Assembly (NCBI GenBank): GCA_018826905.1
Contig: JAHJYC010000004.1
Span: 141,717 to 205,716 of the forward strand
Source of the DNA: Patescibacteria group bacterium
GTDB lineage: Bacteria; Patescibacteriota; Minisyncoccia; Phycocordibacterales; Phycocordibacteraceae
DNA: 64,000 nucleotides
Direction: 5' to 3'
Part shown: positions 39,950 to 49,626 of the stretch, in pieces
Layout: every line of letters begins with the position of its first letter
Position numbering within the stretch: the stretch's first letter is position 1
Made by a program: the position numbers and the translations under genes
The notes under the pieces: model-generated
What the model was told of the DNA's origin: nothing
Database searches by the model: none
What the model saw: the letters and a program-made list of their open reading frames with translations, nothing else

Positions 39950-40501
39950 TTACGCCTGAGCAAGCAAAACAATGATCAAAATACCTGTGGTATTGAGTAC
40001 ATACGTAAGAAGCATGAACTGCCACTCACGCATCTTGCTGAGACCCATGAGCCCTATCCCGGCTTCGTCCGGGAGCGGGGACGCAATAATCAGCGCTCCG
40101 AGTACTGGAGTGAACCATCCAAAATACGAACTTTTAAAGAGCGCGAACACTGGTCGTTGTTTAATGCGCTCAATTAGTGGAGAAAGCTCTGCAAAGGCGT
40201 CTCCCCGCACAAAGCGGAAGATAAGAAGATCTCCGATAACTCCTCCTGCCCCTGCTGTTAGTGCAATCAGTACTGGGTGAAATTCTTCAGCAAGATGGAA
40301 AAGTACCACGGCAGACGGTGCAACAGTAAAAGTAGAGACAAAGAATATTCCTGCAATGAAAGACCCCAGGTATCCATATGATCCTATATGTTCAATCATT
40401 GCGTGCGCAGCCGGAGTGTCCGCAAGGAAAATGAAAAGACCGATACTCGCAATCGTGAGTGCAGTATTTTGATACGCCCACTTTTTCTGACGCGGCTTCA
40501 T
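39950..40501 (-). CDS. Hypothetical polytopic membrane protein.
   Basis: 183 aa with 4-5 TM helices. Confidence 0.4.
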   Translation of the reverse strand: MKPRQKKWAYQNTALTIASIGLFIFLADTPAAHAMIEHIGSYGYLGSFIAGIFFVSTFTVAPSAVVLFHLAEEFHPVLIALTAGAGGVIGDLLIFRFVRGDAFAELSPLIERIKQRPVFALFKSSYFGWFTPVLGALIIASPLPDEAGIGLMGLSKMREWQFMLLTYVLNTTGILIIVLLAQA

Positions 40502-40521
40502 GTTTCCTAGTGTAGCAAGTG

Positions 40522-41373
40522 TTACTTCGCTATGTGCGTAACGCGCTGAGGAAATGGAATCTCTATCCCCTCTACATCAAAAGCAATTTTAAGCCGTTTC
40601 CGCAGTTCTCCTGCAACATCCCATTGCTTAATGGGAAGCGTGTCTCCAAGAATCTTGATGATAATCGCAGAGTCAGCAAATTCATCAACACGCAAGAATT
40701 CTGGTGTCTTTAGTATCTGATCTTTCCATACCGGGTCTTCAGCGAGCTCTTTCCCGACGCGGTTCACCACCTGAATAACATGCTCAAGATCTGAGCTGTA
40801 CCCAATACCAATATTTAGGTTCACCCGTGAAAATCCCTTTGAAAGGTTGGAGACTGTGTGTATTTCCCCATGGGGCACATGATGCACGGTGCCATCTAGA
40901 TCTCTGAGTGTTGTCATACGCAAAGATAGATGCTCTACGAGCCCACAGGTTGAATCAAAACATACAACATCCCCTGTGCGGTACTGGTTTTCAAGAATAA
41001 TAAATATTCCTGATATGAGGTCTCGTATGAGGTACTGACCTCCAAAACCAAGTGCAAGCCCTGCAACTCCTGCTGCCGCAAGAATTGGACCAATAGCAAT
41101 CCCAAACTCAGACAAGAGCATCATGAGTGCGATGATCCAGACGAGAATAGAGACTCCTCCACTAAGTACCTGAGTAAGAGTATTTTCTCGCTTCTCTTCT
41201 GCTTCTTTGGAGTGAGCGCCTTGCTTAACTAAGCGACGCACCAAGCGAGCGATAAGCCTTCCAGAGAAATGCTGCACAAGGAACGTGAGAACGAGTATGA
41301 AAAGAATTCGTACTCCGTGATCTGTAATCCATTCGTAAGAATATGCGTAGAACGCTGTATATAAATCATTCAT
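40522..41373 (-). CDS. Small-conductance mechanosensitive channel (MscS family).
   Basis: 3 TM helices followed by the MscS beta-domain (VGDVVCFDSTCGLVEHLSLRMTTLRDLDGTVHHVPHGEI). Confidence 0.8.
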   Translation of the reverse strand: MNDLYTAFYAYSYEWITDHGVRILFILVLTFLVQHFSGRLIARLVRRLVKQGAHSKEAEEKRENTLTQVLSGGVSILVWIIALMMLLSEFGIAIGPILAAAGVAGLALGFGGQYLIRDLISGIFIILENQYRTGDVVCFDSTCGLVEHLSLRMTTLRDLDGTVHHVPHGEIHTVSNLSKGFSRVNLNIGIGYSSDLEHVIQVVNRVGKELAEDPVWKDQILKTPEFLRVDEFADSAIIIKILGDTLPIKQWDVAGELRKRLKIAFDVEGIEIPFPQRVTHIAK

Positions 41374-41426
41374 ATAAACACCATACCCGCCTGAGCGAGT
41401 ATGGCAACCCGTGGAAAAGTACGAGA

Positions 41427-41612
41427 CTACTGACGGAGCGAGATATAGATGATGTACAGAGCAAATACAACACCAACGCTAACAAGCAACGCAAGGTGCG
41501 GAAGGAACAGTCCCTGCCAGTACGCACCGATTGCAACTCCTATGGCGAGTAACGACAGTTTAAAGATCCCGATCTGCCACCAACTATACGTATGATTTTT
41601 GAATATGTTCAT
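41427..41612 (-). CDS. Small hypothetical membrane protein (2 TM helices).
   Basis: 61-aa ORF. Confidence 0.3.
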   Translation of the reverse strand: MNIFKNHTYSWWQIGIFKLSLLAIGVAIGAYWQGLFLPHLALLVSVGVVFALYIIYISLRQ

Positions 41613-41663
41613 ACATATAAGTGTACTCCCGTTCTAAAACACTTATAGAAGTGAGGAGGATAA

Positions 41664-42368
41664 CTATGCAACCTCCTTTTCTTGCTCAATTACCCTTTCT
41701 TCTTCCTTAACCACCTCTACTGCCACAGCCCTTTTAACTGAGAAACGAAGAAGCGCAAATACAATCATCGCAGAGAAAAGAATTCCAATGACATTCACTA
41801 TAAAGAGCATGAGTGCGTTACTGAAAACTCCCCACTCAAATACAGAGAGAGCAACACCTGCTGAAGCGAGCGGTGGCACGAGTGCAACTGAGATAGCAAC
41901 ACCAGGAAGTGTTTCGTTTAGATGTGGCTTTGTCATTGCAAACGCAGCAGCAAATCCTGCGATTGCGGCAACAATAGCGTACATAAGTGCAGAGTAGTCG
42001 TTTGAAATAACTCCGGGAGGGAGAAGCGCTACTCCACTATGATCTGAGAACAAGAATCCAATTATGAAACTTGCTCCGAGCGCTAGTACAATTGATTTAA
42101 GCAATGTATAGAATGATCTCCCAAGAAGTTTCTCGTCTGCAACAATCACACCAAGCGCAAGAGAGAGGAGCGGATATAGGAGGGGTGCTATGAGCATACT
42201 TCCCACTAGAATAACGGTGCTCTGGAGAAGAATTCCAAAAGAAGCCATTGATACTGAGAGGACCAACATCATGAAAAAGTCCTGTCGTGGGGTAGCGTGC
42301 TGAATGATGCCTTCAATCGCAGTATTCTTTTCTGGCTCGCTGAGGTTGTTGAAGAGTGCCTTAAGCAT
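41664..42368 (-). CDS. DUF389-like hydrophobic membrane protein.
   Basis: 234 aa with a pattern of Gly/Ala/Pro-rich TM helices (LPGVAISVALVPPLASAGVAL), as in DUF389. Confidence 0.45.
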   Translation of the reverse strand: MLKALFNNLSEPEKNTAIEGIIQHATPRQDFFMMLVLSVSMASFGILLQSTVILVGSMLIAPLLYPLLSLALGVIVADEKLLGRSFYTLLKSIVLALGASFIIGFLFSDHSGVALLPPGVISNDYSALMYAIVAAIAGFAAAFAMTKPHLNETLPGVAISVALVPPLASAGVALSVFEWGVFSNALMLFIVNVIGILFSAMIVFALLRFSVKRAVAVEVVKEEERVIEQEKEVA

Positions 42369-42414
42369 AGAAATTTATTATGCCTCTATATTATCAGATG
42401 ATACGTAGCTCGCC

Positions 42415-43662
42415 CTACAGCAAAATAAGAGTTGCTAGACCGAGGAATGCGAAGAACCCGAACACGTCTGTAGCTGTGGTAATGAAGATGGTTGCTGATG
42501 TAGCAGGATCCTTTCCAAGAGCCTTCATAACAAGCGGGATCAGGGCCCCAAAGAACCCTGCAACAACGAGGTTAAAGATCATAGCAACGGCGAGCACAAA
42601 CCCAAGAAGAGGATCCCCGTTCCATAGGGTCGCAACGATGGCCACAATAACGCCATTGATGGAGCCATTGATGAATCCTGCTCCTACCTCTCTCAAAATA
42701 GCAGGCGTCCCATTCTTAAGGGTAATCTCCCCTACAGTAATACTGCGCACAATGACGGCAAGCGTTTGAGTGGCAGCGTTTCCTCCCATACCCGCAACAA
42801 TAGGCATATACACGGCGAGCACTACTAGTTGACTGAGTGTGTCTTCAAAAAGACTCACCACAGACGCAGCAAGGAACGCGGTGCCTAAGTTTATAATCAG
42901 CCACTTGTATCTGCTCTTTACCTTGCTCTGCACACTGTCAAAAGATCGTTCTGCCTCAGCAACTCCAGCGAAGTCATACAACGCAGTTGCTGGAGCGTTT
43001 GCAAAGAGAGCAAGAGCATCATCCGAATAAATAAGCCCGATCACACTCCCGTCTTTATCAAGCACAGCCACCTTCCCGCGTTTCGTTGCGGAGAAGCATT
43101 CCATAACCTCTTTTATCTCTGCTTGATAGGTAACCGTTTTTATCGGAAGAATATACTTGTGGAGAGGTTTTGAGTTTGGTTCTCGCACCAGTGCTGATAC
43201 GGGTACTTCTCCAACTAACTGTCCATCCTTTTGAATTAAAATCTCAGGGAGCTTCCCTACCGCTCTATAGTGCTCATCAATAGCATCAGCGGCAGTTCCA
43301 ATAGTGCTGTCGGCAGAAAGGAGGAGATAGTTAAAGTTCATTAATGAAAACGCTGCCTTTGGATGGAAGCGTAGGAAGTATTGTGTCTTTTCCTTTAGTT
43401 CACTACGGACTCGAGAGAGAATTCTTTCTTTTCTCTTTCTATTCTTGAATATGGCGAGAGTATGTTCTGCCTGCTGCAGATCCATTTGATCTAGAAGATC
43501 AACGAGTTCCGAGTCTTTTAAATCCTCAAAGATGGCTTGCTTTACCCGCGGAGAAAGTCTTAGGAACGCAACGGCCTGCTCACCAACAGTCAAAGAACGA
43601 AAGAGCTCCGTACGTTTGCCGGGGTGATAGGTGATGTCGTGACTTACCGCTACTTCGTTCAT
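42415..43662 (-). CDS. mgtE: Magnesium transporter MgtE.
   Basis: An N-terminal MgtE_N domain, tandem CBS domains, and 5 TM helices with the conserved GGNAATQ/PLGxD-like motifs (AGMGGNAATQTLAV). Confidence 0.85.
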   Translation of the reverse strand: MNEVAVSHDITYHPGKRTELFRSLTVGEQAVAFLRLSPRVKQAIFEDLKDSELVDLLDQMDLQQAEHTLAIFKNRKRKERILSRVRSELKEKTQYFLRFHPKAAFSLMNFNYLLLSADSTIGTAADAIDEHYRAVGKLPEILIQKDGQLVGEVPVSALVREPNSKPLHKYILPIKTVTYQAEIKEVMECFSATKRGKVAVLDKDGSVIGLIYSDDALALFANAPATALYDFAGVAEAERSFDSVQSKVKSRYKWLIINLGTAFLAASVVSLFEDTLSQLVVLAVYMPIVAGMGGNAATQTLAVIVRSITVGEITLKNGTPAILREVGAGFINGSINGVIVAIVATLWNGDPLLGFVLAVAMIFNLVVAGFFGALIPLVMKALGKDPATSATIFITTATDVFGFFAFLGLATLILL

Positions 43663-43686
43663 GAAGAAAGTATACCAATCGGTCAG

Positions 43687-44082
43687 CTACTCGTCTGCTC
43701 GCAAATCTAGCAACACCCTCCCCTTCTTAGAGATTGGATCCAAGCACTCCTTTTTAAATGCGGCATGCTCTTGGTTTATTTGGACATCTGGGTCACCAGT
43801 CCTATAGGGCTCACGTGCTTCATTAAGCCCAATCAAGTAATAGGAACCATCCTCCCCCTCAAAAAGGGTTACCACCTCCCGCGTTACATTTTCATAGTTA
43901 AATGTTGCGATAGCTTCTTCACGTCTTCCGGTCGCAAGTGTCTCCATCCACGCCAGAACTCTTTCCAACTTCCCGGCCTTTACCCTGAATAGTTTAGAAA
44001 AATGCATATAGGGACAGTATACAATGAGCAATTTCTCCTCTTGAAAAGAGGGTTTAAAAGTGGCATTGTGTATGCAGAGCAT
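43687..44082 (-). CDS. Hypothetical protein (possibly a small alpha+beta domain); the true start may be the internal Met MHFSKL.
   Basis: 131-aa ORF. Confidence 0.35.
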   Translation of the reverse strand: MLCIHNATFKPSFQEEKLLIVYCPYMHFSKLFRVKAGKLERVLAWMETLATGRREEAIATFNYENVTREVVTLFEGEDGSYYLIGLNEAREPYRTGDPDVQINQEHAAFKKECLDPISKKGRVLLDLRADE

Positions 44083-44115
44083 TCATGGTGAGTGCTCTTT
44101 GAAAGGAACAGACTG

Positions 44116-44610
44116 ATGCAAAGTATCGTCCTTTCCGGCCCCGCAGCGGGAACTGTTCCTGCGGGACTGCTCGCGAAGCTCGCGCTGATCGATTCCCTCG
44201 ATCTCTCGCGGGCCCAGGAGCGCATGTCCGTTGACTTTCCCGGAAGCGAAGCCTCGTTCGAAGAGGTGTCCGTGGAGGTGAAGCGGTTCCTCGCCCTGGC
44301 TGTTCTCGAGCGCGATCCGGGCCACCGCATCGTGATCGGCGAAAAGATCGACGGGCTGTGGCACTACTTCATCCTGCACACCCGCGAATACCGGGACTTC
44401 TGTGCGGATGTCTTCGGCGCCTACCTGCACCACGTTCCGATTCTCCCGTCGGAGAAACCGGATCTGGCCGCAGACTACCAGAAGACGCGAGACCTCTACC
44501 GCACCTACTTCGGCGAGCCGCCTGTCCATCTCTGGGGCGACGGCGACATGATCTGCTGGGGCGGGTGTGACGAGGTTCGCGACGACGAACCCATCACCAA
44601 ACTGAACTGA
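44116..44610 (+). CDS. DUF1399-like (glycine-rich-domain-containing-protein-like) protein, encoded by a clearly GC-richer, horizontally acquired gene.
   Basis: The motif LWHYFILHTREYRDFCADVFG is the signature block of DUF1399/GRDP-like proteins. A Shine-Dalgarno sequence AAAGGAA sits 7 nt upstream of the ATG at 44116. Third-codon positions are almost all G/C, unlike neighbouring genes. Confidence 0.55.
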   Translation: MQSIVLSGPAAGTVPAGLLAKLALIDSLDLSRAQERMSVDFPGSEASFEEVSVEVKRFLALAVLERDPGHRIVIGEKIDGLWHYFILHTREYRDFCADVFGAYLHHVPILPSEKPDLAADYQKTRDLYRTYFGEPPVHLWGDGDMICWGGCDEVRDDEPITKLN

Positions 44611-44622
44611 TCTACGGATCAC

Positions 44623-44675
44623 ACGCTTGTCTATAAAGTGCCGAAAGGCATTTCGTAGACAAGCGTTTTACTTTA
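44623..44675. terminator. Long nested hairpin ACGCUUGUCUA-[UAAAGUGCC-GAAA-GGCAUUUCG]-UAGACAAGCGU followed by UUUUACUUUAUC; a bidirectional terminator between convergent genes.
   Basis: A perfect 11-bp outer stem with an inner stem capped by a GAAA tetraloop. It lies right after the DUF1399 stop and overlaps the stop of the downstream minus-strand gene. Confidence 0.55.
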
Positions 44676-45587
44676 TCTAAAGTAAACTGATCCACTATCA
44701 AACTTCAGATTCAACACTAGTTCTCCTTTTGAGGTAAACAAATACTCTCCGGTATTCTCTAGGATCTTCCTGAAGTCTGCTTCCTGGGATCCTTCACAAT
44801 ACATTAGTGTTGATACCATCTCACTGAAACGTATCGTTGATTCTGTAGCCGTGTACTTTCCTCCAACACCGTTACAGTCGGTAGCCGCCCCGAATGTTCC
44901 GTCATTCTTGAATGTCAGTGTGAATACATCCCTGTTCGGAGTAACAACTGTTCCGTCATTGTATTCAGCACGTACCCACTCCCATGTCTTCATGGTGAGG
45001 CTCATTCTGTTTGGGTCAGCCTCTCCTTCAAAATTCTGTTCTACTACGCCAAACTGTAGCGCGACAGGATCAAGCTTGAGCCACACACTTCTCCCAACAG
45101 AAGGCTGGGCTGTCATTGGTTCTCCAGGCGCACGATCCATGTAGTTCACCACAATGACATTTTGATGACCTGGGTTCTGACTAAGTTCAGTACTCTGTGG
45201 TGCAATTCTGTCTCCCAGTACGTATGCCTCTGAACCAACATAGCCCTCTTCCGTATTGAGTGCTGCGACTACGTAATAGAACGTACCTGACCCCCTGCCC
45301 TCTTGAGTAAGAACGAACACAACATCCTCTCGTCCGTCATTATCCAAATCAGCACTGATCTCATTGCCAAAATAACGAGTAACACTCTTTGAAGCAGACC
45401 CTGGGGCTGATTGTGTCTCTGCAATACCATCCTGAAGCTTTACACGTTGTCCTTCAATAATATATTCGGCATTCTTGTAGTCAGTTGCCGTATCTACCTG
45501 CTTCTCATTGTAAATATAGGAATTAAGAGCAAAGAACCCTGCAATAAGCAGTGCTACAGCTACAAGCGCAGTAAGAATCCATTTCAT
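44673..45587 (-). CDS. Membrane-anchored protein with a Gmad2-like N-terminal region and a C-terminal META/HslJ-like (DUF306) domain.
   Basis: N-terminal block shared with 39324..39902. The C-terminal MVSTLMYCEGSQEADFRKILENTGEYLFTSKGELVLNL resembles the META domain. Confidence 0.45.
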   Translation of the reverse strand: MKWILTALVAVALLIAGFFALNSYIYNEKQVDTATDYKNAEYIIEGQRVKLQDGIAETQSAPGSASKSVTRYFGNEISADLDNDGREDVVFVLTQEGRGSGTFYYVVAALNTEEGYVGSEAYVLGDRIAPQSTELSQNPGHQNVIVVNYMDRAPGEPMTAQPSVGRSVWLKLDPVALQFGVVEQNFEGEADPNRMSLTMKTWEWVRAEYNDGTVVTPNRDVFTLTFKNDGTFGAATDCNGVGGKYTATESTIRFSEMVSTLMYCEGSQEADFRKILENTGEYLFTSKGELVLNLKFDSGSVYFR

Positions 45588-45620
45588 ATAGTTCAGTGTA
45601 GCAGGTGTAGGTCAGAGTTT

Positions 45621-46370
45621 TTAAGCCCTGTATACTTTTCCGGTTACAAAAGCTGGATCAAGATTTGCAAACATAAGTCGTATGAACAATCTTGGGTTTG
45701 CGTCACTCACCTGCTCGTCTAGTGTTATCGGTTCTGCGTGAGGAGTGTAATTAGTTATGTGATAGAGCCTGCGCGGAAGAAGCGACACTGCACTAAGACT
45801 CGCAGGACTAACTTTGGAAAGTTCTTCTCTCAATTCGCTCCCCGGTCCTGTGGCAGTTGTAAGTTCTGTTTCCCCCAGATACTGAGTGGTAGTGGGACCA
45901 GAAAATGAAATGATGTATCCGCTTACATTTCCAAATTTCTCATGTCCATCAAAATGCAGGAGCTTCTGTTCTGGATCAATGCCCTCTGCGAGAGCTTTAT
46001 CATTGTTCTCTCTGAAATCTCGTGCTTTCGCATCTCCCTGCACTCTCACACTTATATGACACGCTAATGCGTCAACATTCTCGTTGAGTTGTCTTTCATT
46101 TGCTAGAGCAAGATTGAACACTTCTTTAACGACTTCAGGCATCTCTTCAGGTTCAGGCCACTTACCCTCTCTAGGGAATAAGAGTGCCTGGAACTGACCA
46201 AATCCTTCCCCATCTCCTTTGATGGTTTCTTTAAGAATGCGGGCGTCTCTTACTTCCTGAATGGCAGACTCCGCATTCTTTCCTATTGGTTCTTTAGAAA
46301 CTAAATCAATCCCTGGGAATACAGCCGTAGTCTTCTCAGGGCCTTTTTGTATACGGAATGCTTCGCTCAT
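45621..46370 (-). CDS. Hypothetical protein; no recognisable domain.
   Basis: 249-aa ORF with coding-like composition. Confidence 0.4.
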   Translation of the reverse strand: MSEAFRIQKGPEKTTAVFPGIDLVSKEPIGKNAESAIQEVRDARILKETIKGDGEGFGQFQALLFPREGKWPEPEEMPEVVKEVFNLALANERQLNENVDALACHISVRVQGDAKARDFRENNDKALAEGIDPEQKLLHFDGHEKFGNVSGYIISFSGPTTTQYLGETELTTATGPGSELREELSKVSPASLSAVSLLPRRLYHITNYTPHAEPITLDEQVSDANPRLFIRLMFANLDPAFVTGKVYRA

Positions 46371-46393
46371 ATGTAATAGCTGGCTTTGTTCTA

Positions 46394-46753
46394 TTATATA
46401 CCTGCCTTCCGCAGAATCTTTTCCATATCTTTTCCCCTTGCAAGCTCATCTATGAGCTTATCTAGATAGCGGATCTCACGCATTGTCTTCTCTGTAATAT
46501 CCTCCACTCGCACACCACACACCACGCCTTTAATCAGTTTCCTTGAAGGGTTTAGCTTTGGAGCATTTGCAAAGAAGGTCTGAAAGTCTGTCTCCTTCTT
46601 AAGAACAGTTTCCATACCCCTTTGGGTATACCCGGTGAGCCAACGAATTATTGTATCTACTTCTTCTTTGGTGCGTCCTTTCTTTTCTGCTTTAGCAACA
46701 TAAAGCGGGTACACTCTTGCAACACTCATCGTGTAGATGCGGGGCTTCGTCAT
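46394..46753 (-). CDS. DUF2200 family protein.
   Basis: [34 protein letters not shown] matches the DUF2200 N-terminal signature. Confidence 0.5.
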   Translation of the reverse strand: MTKPRIYTMSVARVYPLYVAKAEKKGRTKEEVDTIIRWLTGYTQRGMETVLKKETDFQTFFANAPKLNPSRKLIKGVVCGVRVEDITEKTMREIRYLDKLIDELARGKDMEKILRKAGI

Positions 46754-46818
46754 ACACGCATAGTATCAAAGAAAAAGGCACCCATTGGTTGGGGCCTTTT
46801 TCTTTTAGAAAGGTCTCC

Positions 46819-47202
46819 CTACACGAAGTAGGCAACCCACGTAACATACCCACCGATAAGAAGCATGAGTGCTCCTGCAACAGGGATAAGGTTCATGTTC
46901 GCCCAGCGATCTCCTGCTTTATCTACAAAGCTTGGAGCCACTATAAAGACAGCTCCCTTAACAAGAGTTGCCCATCCAAGAAGGCTTATGACAATCTGCG
47001 GAAGAGTATTCCAGATGGAGTGGAAGAGAACCTGCGCAATACCTGCAACAAGCATAACCATACCAATGAGGAAGACTGCAAGAGTGTCCTTCTCAAGGTC
47101 TCTATAGATTCGTGTGTAATACGCACGACTTATAAACATACCAATTCCAATGAGGAGCAAAGCAGGGCCCCAGAGCGACGCAAGCAAGAGTGTTATATCC
47201 AT
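46819..47202 (-). CDS. Hypothetical integral membrane protein (4 TM helices).
   Basis: 127-aa ORF. Confidence 0.4.
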   Translation of the reverse strand: MDITLLLASLWGPALLLIGIGMFISRAYYTRIYRDLEKDTLAVFLIGMVMLVAGIAQVLFHSIWNTLPQIVISLLGWATLVKGAVFIVAPSFVDKAGDRWANMNLIPVAGALMLLIGGYVTWVAYFV

Positions 47203-47277
47203 TTTAGATATGAAGTATTAGGGGACTAATACATAAAGTATACTCCTCCCCAGCAGCGGTCTTAGACACGAGGTGGA

Positions 47278-47814
47278 CTAGAAGCCCTTGTTGCTTTTCA
47301 TGAATTCAATCTCTTTTGGAGTTGAAGTACGTCCGAGAATATCGTTCCTGTGCGGATAACGACCGAACCGGTCAATTATCTTCTTATGTTTCAGCTCAAA
47401 AGAAAGTGTGGAGAAATCCCCCAAGAACAAGAACAGCCAAAAGGCCTTTTTGTGCATTACCGGAGATTCACTATGCATATACGGCATGTACAAAAACTTT
47501 CGTTCTACACGAGTCAGTCTTCTGTCCGCACCAACTTTAATTGCTTCCTCTGCGAGCTGTAGCGCAAGAGGATCATACTCAAATGCTTGCGGCGTATCTC
47601 TGAACATATTGCGCGCAAACTGATCAAGCACGATAATTTCCGCAAGACGTCCTTCAGGAACTTCACGCCATTCAGCTGTTTCCCCCTTCACCACCTTCAG
47701 ATACGTACTAAGAAAACGATTGCGAATTTCTTCGTCCAAAGCAGGGTCTTTGATAAACCACTGACTAGGGGAAAGAGTCTCAAACCAAAATGTAATTACC
47801 TCATTCCAATTCAT
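47278..47814 (-). CDS. DUF924 family protein.
   Basis: FWF...GRLAEIIVLDQFARNMFRDTPQAF...RKFLYMPYMHSE matches the DUF924 signature. The start is taken at MNWNEV to avoid overlapping the upstream Msr fusion gene. Confidence 0.55.
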   Translation of the reverse strand: MNWNEVITFWFETLSPSQWFIKDPALDEEIRNRFLSTYLKVVKGETAEWREVPEGRLAEIIVLDQFARNMFRDTPQAFEYDPLALQLAEEAIKVGADRRLTRVERKFLYMPYMHSESPVMHKKAFWLFLFLGDFSTLSFELKHKKIIDRFGRYPHRNDILGRTSTPKEIEFMKSNKGF

Positions 47815-47830
47815 ACACACATTGTACCGC

Positions 47831-49624
47831 TTACGCAGACTGGTCAAAAAGGTGTAGGTACTGCTCGTACCCTTCTTTTACCATTTCTTCTTTTGGAATG
47901 AACTTGAGAGACGCAGAGTTGGTGCAGAAACGACGGCCACCCTCCTCAGCGGGTCCGTCGTTAAAAACATGACCAACATGTCCCGCCTCACTTCGTATTT
48001 CTGTTCGGGTAGTAGAGAGTGAATTGTCCTCGTGCATCGTCACTGAATTATCATCAATCGTTCTCCAAAAGCTTGGCCAGCCTGTTCCTGAGTCATATTT
48101 GTGTGTACTTGAGAAAAGCGGTTTTCCTGTAACCACGTCCACATAGATGCCATCAGCCTTATTATCCCAATATGCATTGTTGAAGGGCGACTCGGTGCCA
48201 TTCTCAGCAACAACGTGGTACGCCAGCGGATCTAAGTTCTTTAGCAGTTTCGCAATTTCTTCGTCTGTATAGTTGTACGCATCATTTGTATCCATAGAGG
48301 TTGTTTGTTTAGATTCTAAAAATTGGATTGCTGCATCTTTTGCCCAGGTCTCTTCAACGAATCCTGCCCTGCCAGATGCTTTCTTATAGCGCTCGTAATG
48401 ATCTGCTGCTTTTTTGTAATAGTCCTGATGATACTCCTCTGCTTTGTAGAAGCTTGCGAACGGGAGTACTTCTGTCGCAATCAGCGCATCAAACACGCCA
48501 CTTGCTTCAAGACGCTCCTTAGAATCGCGCGCTATCCTTTTCTGTTCATCATTCTGATAATAAATGGCTGTCGTGTACTGGAACCCTGTATCAGCAAACT
48601 GGCCCTGCTCATTTGTTGGATCAATGTGCGACCAATAGATATCTAGTACCTCTTCTGTTGAAAGTATCTTTGGGTCATAGGTTATCTGTACTGCTTCCCT
48701 ATGGTTAGTTGTGCCCTTTGAAACAAGAAGGTACGACGCCTCTGATTCATCTCCTCCTGCATATCCTGAGACTGCATCAATGATCCCTTCTTCTTCCTGG
48801 AAGTACGCTTCGGTGCACCAGAAGCATCCACCTGCTAGGGTGATTGTCTCGTACTCTCCATTTAGCATAGCGCTCTCCTCTACAGAACTCTCTGGAGCGA
48901 ATCGCTCAATAAGAGCATTCTCAAACTGAATCGTTGCTCCGTAGCCTGAATCTAGAATGAATGTCTCAATCTTTTTGTCGTACCCGGTAAGTATGGCAAT
49001 ACCAACAAGAACAATCAGTACACCAAATACCTGCTTCACTCTCCCGGCAGTTTGCAGGTGTCCCAGTGCTTTGTTGATGAGCTGTTGCCCGAAGTACGCA
49101 ATGAGCAAAAGCGACACCGAAAGACCAAGGACAAACCCGAAGAGGTATGTAACTCCCTCTGCGAACGTTGCCGGCAAGACAGTTGCAATAATGAAGAGAT
49201 AGGTCGGCGAGCAGGTCGTAAAGACTGGCCCGAGCGCAGCCCCAATTGCGATGTCTCCCGCATAGCTTTTCTTCTGATAACCCGTACCCACGAGCTTATT
49301 ACTTGCAAGACTAAGTCTGTTTACGAGTGGAACCCTCGCCCACAAGGACGGGAACACTATGGCAAGACCAACAAGAATAAGAACCGCTCCAGAAAACCAG
49401 CTCCAGAACACTTGAGGAATATCAATAAGCAGTGTTGATGCTTTCAGCAAAAGCGTGAAGACGATGACTGAGACCGATAGCGATCCGACAACAACGAGAG
49501 CTCGTCTTGAGATATATCTTCCACCAGTTTCTGAGGCTCCAATAACTACCGGGAGAAGCGGAAGTATGCAGGGAGCTAGAACCGTGAATATTCCTGCCAG
49601 AACTGATATTCCAAAGAAAATCAT
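47831..49624 (-). CDS. msrAB: Triple fusion of a CcdA/DsbD-like thiol-disulfide transporter membrane domain, peptide methionine-S-sulfoxide reductase MsrA, and methionine-R-sulfoxide reductase MsrB.
   Basis: The N-terminal ~230 aa have 6 TM helices with the CcdA cysteines (LAPCILP, TTCSPTY). The middle region carries GGCFWCTEA (the MsrA GCFWC motif). The C-terminal region carries GTGWPSFW...RTEIRSEAGHVGHVFNDGP (MsrB SelR motifs). Confidence 0.8.
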   Translation of the reverse strand: MIFFGISVLAGIFTVLAPCILPLLPVVIGASETGGRYISRRALVVVGSLSVSVIVFTLLLKASTLLIDIPQVFWSWFSGAVLILVGLAIVFPSLWARVPLVNRLSLASNKLVGTGYQKKSYAGDIAIGAALGPVFTTCSPTYLFIIATVLPATFAEGVTYLFGFVLGLSVSLLLIAYFGQQLINKALGHLQTAGRVKQVFGVLIVLVGIAILTGYDKKIETFILDSGYGATIQFENALIERFAPESSVEESAMLNGEYETITLAGGCFWCTEAYFQEEEGIIDAVSGYAGGDESEASYLLVSKGTTNHREAVQITYDPKILSTEEVLDIYWSHIDPTNEQGQFADTGFQYTTAIYYQNDEQKRIARDSKERLEASGVFDALIATEVLPFASFYKAEEYHQDYYKKAADHYERYKKASGRAGFVEETWAKDAAIQFLESKQTTSMDTNDAYNYTDEEIAKLLKNLDPLAYHVVAENGTESPFNNAYWDNKADGIYVDVVTGKPLFSSTHKYDSGTGWPSFWRTIDDNSVTMHEDNSLSTTRTEIRSEAGHVGHVFNDGPAEEGGRRFCTNSASLKFIPKEEMVKEGYEQYLHLFDQSA

Positions 49625-49626
49625 TC

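Noticed and set aside
44083-44622. A 179-aa minus-strand ORF antisense to the high-GC DUF1399 gene.
   Set aside because: This is the typical spurious antisense ORF created by GC3-rich coding sequence. The sense strand has the conserved family motif and an RBS.
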